Origin: Acidobacteriota bacterium
Lineage (GTDB): Bacteria > Acidobacteriota > UBA6911 > RPQK01 > CBDAPI01
DNA length: 64,000 nucleotides
Direction: 5' to 3'
NCBI GenBank assembly: GCA_965214465.1
Contig: CBDCBX010000019.1
Span: 147,987-211,986 of the forward strand
Part shown: piece by piece, positions 40,098 to 47,996 of the stretch
How positions within the stretch are numbered: the stretch's first letter is position 1
Layout of the letters: each line of letters begins with the position of its first letter
Notes under the pieces: generated by a model
The model's input: only the letters and a program-made list of their open reading frames with translations
Database searches by the model: none
What the model was told of the DNA's origin: nothing
Made by a program: the position numbers and the translations under genes

Positions 40098-41324
40098 ATG
40101 GCCAAGACTCGATCTTTCCTTGTTTTCCTCTATTTCCTTGCCGTTTCCGGCCTGGTCCTGGCCCAGGAGCCGCCCGACCAGGGGAATCCGCCGGCCGATC
40201 CCGGGAACGACCCGGGGCAGCTGCCGGAGACGCAGCAACAGATGCCGGAAATGGAACGACCCATCTATCTCACCGGGAAGGTCATCTACGACGATGGCCG
40301 CCCGGCGGATACTTCGGTGCAGGTGGAAATGGTCTGCAGCGGGAGAGTTCGCCGCCAGATCTACACATTTTCCGGCGTGTTTACTCTCGAGGTCACGAAC
40401 ACGAATCAGCGGCTCACAGTAATGGATGCCTCCACTTCCAGTCGGGATTTGTTCGGCGGCATCAACTCCGAGCCAGAAGAGGTGCTGGCGAGAATGATGG
40501 AGGCCGGGGGAGAAAGTTCCGCCGGTTTGAGATCGACCAATCCCGGATATACGAACCTGATGGGGTGCGAGTTGAGGGCTACTCAGGCGGGGTTTCAGTC
40601 TGACATCGTGCCTCTCGCCATCGTTCGTCCCCTGGACAATCCAGATGTGGGTGTGATTGTCCTGCATCGGGTCGGCACCATTACCGGGACAACCACGAGC
40701 GTCGTCTCCCTGGCGGCACCCAAGAAGGCCAAGAAGTCCTATCGGAGAGCTGTCAAGGAGGTCCAGAAGGAGAACCCGAACCACGAGAAAGCGGCCGTTG
40801 AACTAGAAAAGGCGGCCGAGCTCTATCCGGAGTATGCGGCTGCCTGGGAGTTGCTGGGTCAGATCCGACTTGCCGAGGGCGACGAGGCGGGGGCCAGAGA
40901 GGCATTCGAATTAGCGGCAGCCAGCGACCCGAAGTACATCCAGCCCAACCTGGCGATGATGGAACTCGAGATTCGAAAGGAGAACTGGGATGAGGTCAGC
41001 AAGTGGAGCTCCAGGGTCACGGAGCTGAACCCGTACATTCTCAAAGCCCAGTACTTTCACGGGGTCGCCAGTATCACTCTGGATCGGACCGAGCCGGCAA
41101 GGCAATCGTTCCAGAAGGTTCGAGAGAACTACAAGGGCGATGACTACCCCTATGCCAGTTATATGCTTGGGTACATCCTGGCGAATCAGGGCGAGTTTGA
41201 GTCGGCCGCCGGCGAACTCCGACATTTTCTCGAGATCAAGGCGGATGCGGCGGAAGCGGATCAGATCAAAGACCATCTGGCCCAATGGGAGAAAGAAGGC
41301 CACATCCAGTCCGAAGAGAACTGA
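40098..41324 (+). CDS. Secreted tetratricopeptide-repeat protein
   Basis: Signal peptide; repeated TPR helices (YAAAWELLGQI, AQYFHGVA, ASYMLGYI). Confidence 0.8.
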   Translation: MAKTRSFLVFLYFLAVSGLVLAQEPPDQGNPPADPGNDPGQLPETQQQMPEMERPIYLTGKVIYDDGRPADTSVQVEMVCSGRVRRQIYTFSGVFTLEVTNTNQRLTVMDASTSSRDLFGGINSEPEEVLARMMEAGGESSAGLRSTNPGYTNLMGCELRATQAGFQSDIVPLAIVRPLDNPDVGVIVLHRVGTITGTTTSVVSLAAPKKAKKSYRRAVKEVQKENPNHEKAAVELEKAAELYPEYAAAWELLGQIRLAEGDEAGAREAFELAAASDPKYIQPNLAMMELEIRKENWDEVSKWSSRVTELNPYILKAQYFHGVASITLDRTEPARQSFQKVRENYKGDDYPYASYMLGYILANQGEFESAAGELRHFLEIKADAAEADQIKDHLAQWEKEGHIQSEEN

Positions 41325-42529
41325 TCAGCGCCGACACGCTCCTGGGCAATCCCTGGCGCAAGACAGCGCGCGACGTAGCCCCAGAAGATACGCTCGATCG
41401 TCCAGAACAGGCCAACCGCGGCAATACAGCAGGAAGCGGGTATGGAAACGCGAGATCGGTACCAGTCTCTGGATCGGAAGTGACCCACTGCCAGGAAAGC
41501 CAGCAGAATCACCGCCAGTTGGCCGCCCTCGACACCCAGGTTGAAGGAGGCCAGTGCGATTACCGCTTCCGGTCCGGGTGCCAGCAGGTTGCCCAGCACA
41601 CTGGCAAAACCCAATCCGTGCAGTAGACCGAAGACAAACACGAGTCCCGTGCGCCAGGGATGCAACCGGCTGGTGAGGACATTCTCAACCGCCACGACTG
41701 TGATGGACAGCGCGATCAGCGGTTCCACCACGGACAGCGGTAGTGACAGGATCTGATAGAAGGAGAGGGCCAGAGTCACTGAATGAGCGACGGTAAAGGC
41801 CGTGACCTGCGTGAGCAGGGGCCCCCACCGTGCGCAGAGGAGGAACAGTCCCAGGACGAAGAGGACGTGGTCCAGACCGAGGGGCAGGATGTGTTCAAAT
41901 CCGAGCCGGAAGTAGATCCAGAAGAGAGCCGGCCAGCCCAGAGCGAGGACCTCGATGCCTGACTCATTGACGATGATGGGAAGCGGCATACTTTCGCGAC
42001 CAGCACTAATAAACTGTCCCGCCGGAGGGCCGTCCGGGGCGTTCACCTCCAGCCAGACGATCCCGGCCTGGTAAGGAAAAGTGACCGTGAAATCTTCAGC
42101 CCCCGCCGGCAGCGTCCCTTGGATCTGAACGGGTGGAGCCCGCCTGGGCGCGAGCGTAAGACCGTCTTGCCGCACCAGCTCCGGCCCCGGAAAAAGAATC
42201 GACTCCGGTTCCACGACCTCATCGCCGAAGCGCAGGCGCAGCCGCTCTTTGAACTGGTCTCTTGCGAAGTCGATCCGGTCGATCAGCTCTTCGTCACTCA
42301 TGTCGCGAAGCTGTGCCCAGGCTTCCAGAGGGAGGTGCCCCGGCTCGGTTTCCAGGACGAAGGCCGCAATGTGAAATGCCGCTTCGATCTGGTAAGTCCC
42401 ATCCACCCGGAAGGTAGCTGTCACCACGGCATAGTCCAGATTGTGGGCAATGCAGAAAGAGCCGGACAGACCCAGTCCCGCCAAGACGGACAGAGCCGCC
42501 ACAGCGCAGCAGCCTCGGCGAATGAGCAT
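41261..42529 (-). CDS. HupE/UreJ-family membrane protein
   Basis: LGFEHILPLGLDHVLF, TAFTVAHSVTL, EPLIALSI, FGLLHGLGFA, FNLGVE. Confidence 0.85.
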   Translation of the reverse strand: MLIRRGCCAVAALSVLAGLGLSGSFCIAHNLDYAVVTATFRVDGTYQIEAAFHIAAFVLETEPGHLPLEAWAQLRDMSDEELIDRIDFARDQFKERLRLRFGDEVVEPESILFPGPELVRQDGLTLAPRRAPPVQIQGTLPAGAEDFTVTFPYQAGIVWLEVNAPDGPPAGQFISAGRESMPLPIIVNESGIEVLALGWPALFWIYFRLGFEHILPLGLDHVLFVLGLFLLCARWGPLLTQVTAFTVAHSVTLALSFYQILSLPLSVVEPLIALSITVVAVENVLTSRLHPWRTGLVFVFGLLHGLGFASVLGNLLAPGPEAVIALASFNLGVEGGQLAVILLAFLAVGHFRSRDWYRSRVSIPASCCIAAVGLFWTIERIFWGYVARCLAPGIAQERVGADQFSSDWMWPSFSHWARWSLI

Positions 42530-42553
42530 CAGATCGACTCCGGCTTGAATCCT

Positions 42554-44170
42554 CTAGGGCTTCTGGCCCCGAACCCGCTCCATCCAGCGACGGTTATCGA
42601 GCGGCAGAACATTGGCTCGCTCCGCCCATTCCTGCCACATTCTGGCCAGTTTCTCCACGCGTTCGGGGTGGGTTTGGGACAGATCGGTCAACTCGGTTCG
42701 GTCCGAGGACAGGTCGTACAACTCCCAGGGACCCTCCCGGCCCTTGCTGACGAGTTTCCAGTCTCCTGCCCGAACGGCCCGATTACTTTCATGCTCCCAG
42801 AAAAGAGCATCGCGGTGGATCGGAGAATCCAGAAACGAAGGCGCCAGGCTCGTTCCTTCGGGAGGGAGGATGGAGCGATCTCTGAATCTCGAAGGGTATA
42901 CAACGCCGGCCACATCCAGAGCCGTGGGCATCAGGTCGATGACGTGTCCAACCTGAGAGCGGAGTGCCCCCGGCTCGCGAATTCGGGCCGGCCAGTGGAC
43001 GATCAAGGGAGTGGCAATTCCCCCTTCGTGCACCCAGTGTTTGTAGAGTCGAAAGGGGACATTGCTGGCGTTGGCCCAAGGCCTTCGGTAAGTGTGGAAC
43101 GACTGGTCAGACCCCAGGATTTCGAGATCAGGGTCTTTACTGGAGGCGGGCTCGTGGGTTCCGCCGTTGTCGGACAGGAACAGAATCAGCGTGCTGTCAG
43201 TAGCCCCCATTTGATCCAGAGCCGCCAGGATGCGGCCAATCCCCTGGTCCATGGAATCGACTTGAGCCGCATAGATGGCCATTCGCAGATCCATTTCCCT
43301 CTTCTTGCCGGGAGCCAGACTGTCCCAGTCCGCAACGTGGCTGTCCGGTGGTGACAGGGTCCATGAATCTGAGATCAGACCCAGCTCCAGGAGGCGGGCG
43401 TACCGCTCAGCCCGCAGATGCTCCCAGCCCGCCCGGTAGGACCCCCGGTACTTCTCGATGTCCGCCGGCCTGGCGTGTATGGGGAAATGGGGAGCCGTAT
43501 AGGCAACGTAAAGGAAGAAGGGAGAGCCCGGCTTTTTCCGCGGGTGCTCCTGCAGAAAGTCGACAGCATGATCGCTGATGGCATCCGTCAGGTAGAAGTC
43601 GCCGGAAACCTCGATCCGGGTATTGTCCAGCGTCAATGTTGTGGGTGTGAAGTAGCTCCCACCCCCACTCAGGATCCCGAAGTATCGGTCAAAACCTCGC
43701 TGTCGCGGCCAGTTGTCCGTCGGCCCTTCAGGATCCATGTCTCTGTCCAGAGTCAAATGTCATTTCCCACTCATGTAGGTGGCGTATCCCGCCTGTTGGA
43801 GGACCTCGGCGATGGTCACATTCGGATGATTCAGGTCTCCGGCGTAGCCCGGACGACCGAGGTCGGCAGCCGTCATCCAACCCATCCCCGTCTGGTGGGC
43901 GTAGAGTCCCGTGAGCAGAGAAGCTCGCGTGGGGCAGCAACGGGACGTATTGTAGAACTGGGTGTAGCGCAGTCCGTTGGCAGCGAGCCGATCCAGGTTG
44001 GGGGTTTGGATCTCCCCCCCGTAACAGCCCAGGTCCGAGAAGCCCATGTCATCGGCCAGGATAATGACAATGTTGGGCCTCTGCTCGGCCTGTTCCCGGC
44101 AGGTAGTGACTCCCAGGAGGGCCAGGCTGGTGACAACCAGTCTCACAGTCTTGAAGAGCAGCGGATGCAT
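42554..44170 (-). pseudogene. Arylsulfatase with an in-frame TGA at the conserved GKW-H Trp (43760-43762)
   Basis: PNIVIILADDMG and CCPTRASLLTG; reads MSGK*HLTLD in one frame. Confidence 0.85.
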
Positions 44171-44311
44171 GTTTGTCCTTCCTCTCCAGCACCCTAGCCC
44201 GGATTATGCATGAGATCTGAATCCGAGTGAGATTTGGGCCCATAAAAAGAGCCGTAGCTCTCTGATATAAAAGGGTTTACACAAACAAGGCCCTAACCAG
44301 GAGCTACGGCA

Positions 44312-45649
44312 ATGTTAAGAGCAGTCTGCCAGAATACCCTGCCATTTCACAGCCACAGAAAGATCACGGCGCGTTTTGATGGGGGGAGCCTCACTTCCGA
44401 CGCAGGATGGTTGTTGTTTGGATCGGTGGATCGGCAACATCGGCTCTGCGAGGGCTTCAGTTCGTGTATTTCGGAGAGTCGAGACCAACGCTACATTCGT
44501 CATGATCTGTTGAAGTTGATCCGACAACGAGTCTTGCAGATCGTGGCCGGCTACGAAGACTGTAATGACGCCGATACGCTGCGCTCGGATCCGATGCTCA
44601 AAACCGTCTGTGATCAGTTGCCGGAGAGCGATCCGGATTTGGCCACGCAGCCGACTTTCTCCCGCTTGGAGAACTCCGTCACCAGGAAGGATCTGATGCG
44701 TTTGAGCCAGTGGCTGCTAGGCCGTTATGTGCGCTCCCTGAAGAAAAGACGTCCCGGTAAGATCATCCTGGATCTGGACAGTACCGACGACCACACCCAC
44801 GGCCAGCAGGAGTTCTCCTTCTACCACGGGTATTACCGAAGCCACATTCTGCATCCTTTGCTGATCTTCGATGCCGACACGGGAGACCTGGTGTGTGCCG
44901 TGTTGAGACCTGGCAACAAGGGAGCTGCCTCTCACATCGTGCCCATTCTGAAGCGAGTCGTGGAGGCTATCCGACAAGGAGTGGGGACGGATGTCGAGAT
45001 TGAGATTCGGGCCGACAGCGGCTTTGCCACGCCGCGGCTCTACGAGTTCTGTGAGGCTGAAGAGAATCAACTCCAGTATGTCATTGGGTTAAGTCGAAAC
45101 CCTCGCCTGCAGCGAGTGGTCGAGCCCCTGCTGGATTCGACTCGGGAAAGGTTCCTTGAGCTGGAGGAAAAACAGCGTCAGTTTGACGAGTTTCTTTATC
45201 GAGCCAACAGCTGGGATCGATCTCGTCGCGTCATCGTCAAAGTGGAGGTCGATCAGCGCGGGATCAATCGTCGCTTTGTGGTCACCAACCGGGACGATCT
45301 CTGCTCCCAATCACTTTATGACCACTACACAAACCGAGGACAGACCGAAAACTTCATCAAGGCCTTCAAGAATCATCTGAGCATGGACCGACTCAGCTGT
45401 CATCGATTCCTGGCCAATCAGTTTCGACTCCTTCTGCATGCCCTGGCTTACCAGATGTTCGTGCGCCTGCGCGACTATCTGCACGGGACCCCCTGGCACA
45501 AGCTCGAAATCGAAACCTTACGTCGTCGTGTCCTCAAGATCGGGGCCCGGATCCGACAAACCACTCGACGCATCTGGGTCCATCTTTCCTCAGCCTTTCC
45601 CGAACAACCCCTCTTCCACCTCGTCTTGAGTCGTCTCAACTCCAGCTAG
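44312..45649 (+). CDS. IS1380-family transposase
   Basis: Same protein sequence as 8717-10054. Confidence 0.95.
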   Translation: MLRAVCQNTLPFHSHRKITARFDGGSLTSDAGWLLFGSVDRQHRLCEGFSSCISESRDQRYIRHDLLKLIRQRVLQIVAGYEDCNDADTLRSDPMLKTVCDQLPESDPDLATQPTFSRLENSVTRKDLMRLSQWLLGRYVRSLKKRRPGKIILDLDSTDDHTHGQQEFSFYHGYYRSHILHPLLIFDADTGDLVCAVLRPGNKGAASHIVPILKRVVEAIRQGVGTDVEIEIRADSGFATPRLYEFCEAEENQLQYVIGLSRNPRLQRVVEPLLDSTRERFLELEEKQRQFDEFLYRANSWDRSRRVIVKVEVDQRGINRRFVVTNRDDLCSQSLYDHYTNRGQTENFIKAFKNHLSMDRLSCHRFLANQFRLLLHALAYQMFVRLRDYLHGTPWHKLEIETLRRRVLKIGARIRQTTRRIWVHLSSAFPEQPLFHLVLSRLNSS

Positions 45650-45826
45650 CCTCTCCCAGCTCCCCGAAAAACCGCTTCCGATACTCACCCAGGCCCAGAT
45701 CTGTCTGAAATTCACTCCCCAACCACTTCAAACGCCTCGCCAACCGATATTCTTCGCAAATCCGCCTGTCACACCTGTCCGCTTTCGAGTTGAGCCACTT
45801 CTCGAGTCGTTTTTCAACTCCGGATT

Positions 45827-47634
45827 GATCAACGACAAATAAAATTCCCACGCATTGACTCATCCAAAATCGAACTAATGTGAGACCGTTGCCTCATCAA
45901 GAATCGAACCGAACACTTGATGAGGAGGCGACGAATTGAGGAAAAAGTTGAGTTTGGAGTTGCGCCGAGAGTTGTTGACACGCACTGCGGAGGATTACGC
46001 ATCGGCCCGCAAAGGAATCAAGAGCCAGATCGTGGATCAGTTGGTTGCGGCAACCGGCTACGGTCGCAAACACGCCATTACTCTGTTGAACAATCCGCCG
46101 GGTAGCGTTAGTTCTTCGCGACCCCGCCGCGCCCGATACGATGAGCGAGTCAAGCAGGTACTGGTTACCCTTTGGACCACGGCCAACCGGATCTGCGCCA
46201 AGCGACTGGTTCCCTTTCTTCCCGAGTTGATCGAGGTGATGGAGAGGAACGGTCATTTGTCCTTACCCGCTGATGTCCGGGGAAAGCTTCTGACGATCAG
46301 CCCCGCCACCGCTGATCGATTGCTGGCCACCGAGAGAATCAATCAGCGTGGTGTGAGTACAACCCGGCCGGGAAGCTTACTCAAAAAGCAGATCAAGGTA
46401 CGGACCTTCGCCGACTGGGACGATCTTCAACCCGGGTTTCTGGAAGCGGACCTGGTCGCTCACTGCGGCGTCAGTGCTGCCGGTAGTTTTCTGCACACGC
46501 TGGTCCTGGTGGACGTCGCAACGGGCTGGACCGAGTGCGTGGCCCTGCTGCGGCGCAGCGAAGCCGACGTGATCGGCGCCCTGAACTCCCTGCGTGGCCG
46601 GCTCCCGGTTCCTTTGCTGGGATTGAATACGGATAACGGCAGCGAGTTCATCAACTATGAGATGCTTCGCTACTGCCAAAGAGAGCAGATCACTTTCACT
46701 CGTTCCCGGGTCAATCGAAAGAACGATCAGGCCTTTGTGGAAGAGAAGAACGGCTCTGTCGTGAGAAGGCTGATCGGGTACGATCGCTACGAGGGACTGG
46801 GGGCCTGGCGGGCCCTGATTCAGCTTTATGAGATTCTACGCCTCTATGTGAACTTCTTTCAGCCCTCGATGAAGCTGATCGAAAAGCAGCGCGTCGGCGC
46901 ACGCGTCAAGAAGCGCTACGATCGAGCTCAAACTCCTTACCAGCGCATCATTGCTTCTGGTTATCTCACCAAGCGAAAGAGGGAGCGAATCGAGCGTTTT
47001 TACCGGAAGCTCGATCCGGTGATCTTACTCAAAGAGCTCGAGCGACGCCAAGACTATTTTTGGACCTTTGCTAACGGACAAAGGGAACTGGAAGGGAACG
47101 ACTCCCCCAGAGAGATGGATGCAATCGTCAGGAAGTATCTTGTCGAGATCACCGCTTCACAAGAACCCAAAGAGATCAGAAGATATCGGCGGACGAAAAA
47201 GCCCCGGACATGGAGGACTCGAAAGGATCCCTTTGCTGAAGTCTGGCCAGAGGTTCGTGTCCAACTGGAAGTTAATCCCGCTCAAACCGCCAAAGCGCTT
47301 TTCGTTCGCCTTCAGCAACGCTATCCCGGTCGGTTCTTCGATGGGCAACTGCGGACGCTGCAGCGACGGGTGAGGGACTGGCGTAGGGAGCAGCTCTACA
47401 AGGCCGAGATCGCTCGCGTGGAGCCGACAGCCTCCGAAATCGGGTTCCAATCTCGCCCAGTTGCTCCGGCAGAAGATCGCGAAGCGGGTCCGGCTCCGGT
47501 CGCCCCGTTGTTTCTGATGTAAGGAACCAATAAGCTGTTCGGAACTGGGTTCGATTCTTAGTGAGGCAAGTTTCTAGCTTTGGTTCGATTCTCTAATGAG
47601 GCAATACGTGGGAAATTCTAACTGTCGCCAATCA
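45827..47634 (+). mobile_element. Single-ORF rve element with TG...CA ends and subterminal repeats, nested in IS1380
   Basis: Long imperfect TIR (TGATCAACGACA.. / TGATTGGCGACA..); repeated TGCCTCA..GAATCGAAC motifs at both ends; flanks CCGGAT / CCGGAC. Confidence 0.8.
45936..47522 (+). CDS. DDE (rve) transposase with C-terminal IstA-like HTH extension
   Basis: EADLVAHCG, NTDNGSEFIN and NDQAFVEEKN motifs; tail RTRKDPFAEVW...GQLRTLQRRV. Confidence 0.85.
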   Translation: MRKKLSLELRRELLTRTAEDYASARKGIKSQIVDQLVAATGYGRKHAITLLNNPPGSVSSSRPRRARYDERVKQVLVTLWTTANRICAKRLVPFLPELIEVMERNGHLSLPADVRGKLLTISPATADRLLATERINQRGVSTTRPGSLLKKQIKVRTFADWDDLQPGFLEADLVAHCGVSAAGSFLHTLVLVDVATGWTECVALLRRSEADVIGALNSLRGRLPVPLLGLNTDNGSEFINYEMLRYCQREQITFTRSRVNRKNDQAFVEEKNGSVVRRLIGYDRYEGLGAWRALIQLYEILRLYVNFFQPSMKLIEKQRVGARVKKRYDRAQTPYQRIIASGYLTKRKRERIERFYRKLDPVILLKELERRQDYFWTFANGQRELEGNDSPREMDAIVRKYLVEITASQEPKEIRRYRRTKKPRTWRTRKDPFAEVWPEVRVQLEVNPAQTAKALFVRLQQRYPGRFFDGQLRTLQRRVRDWRREQLYKAEIARVEPTASEIGFQSRPVAPAEDREAGPAPVAPLFLM

Positions 47635-47842
47635 CCGGACTACGGTTCTTGCATAATCCGGGCTAGAGGATGAATGGGCCTGGACGGCCGGCTGCCCCAG
47701 CCGCCCTGGTGGAGGCTCGATCTGGGGCAACGGGACCAAGGCACGAAAGTATGAAACGGGTGGGGGAAGTTTGATGTGCAAAGTGCGAATGGGGAAGTGG
47801 GAATGACGAAGGGCCTCCACCTTCGCAGTTCGAACTTCGAAG

Positions 47843-47919
47843 TGGCTCCTCAGGTTGGACTCGAACCAACAACCCTCCGGTTAACAGCCGGATGCTCTGC
47901 CAAATTGAGCTACTGAGGA
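47843..47919 (-). tRNA. tRNA-Asn (GTT)
   Basis: TCCTCAG/CTGAGGA acceptor stem, anticodon loop CTGTTAA, T-loop GGTTCGAGTCC, encoded CCA. Confidence 0.95.
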
Positions 47920-47996
47920 GCATTTTGGCGAGACTTGCCAATATAACTGAGCGGGGTCGAGCTTGGCAAGATGGGCCTGTCCACGGGCCGATCGTG

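Larger units (their letters stand above)
44198..47662 (+). mobile_element. IS1380-family element, copy 3, with a nested insertion near its right end
   Basis: CTAG TSD at 44194-44197 and 47663-47666; the last 28 bp are displaced to 47635-47662. Confidence 0.92.

Noticed and set aside
43760-43762. UGA recoding (alternative genetic code or selenocysteine)
   Set aside because: TGA is a normal stop in many genes here, and the position is a conserved Trp, so a nonsense mutation is simpler.
45636-45863. 75-aa ORF across the IS1380 right end
   Set aside because: Created by the nested insertion. In the other two copies the frame has a stop four codons after the only ATG.
47822-47842. Hairpin downstream of tRNA-Asn as a terminator
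   Set aside because: 6-bp stem with no U-tract; too weak to call.
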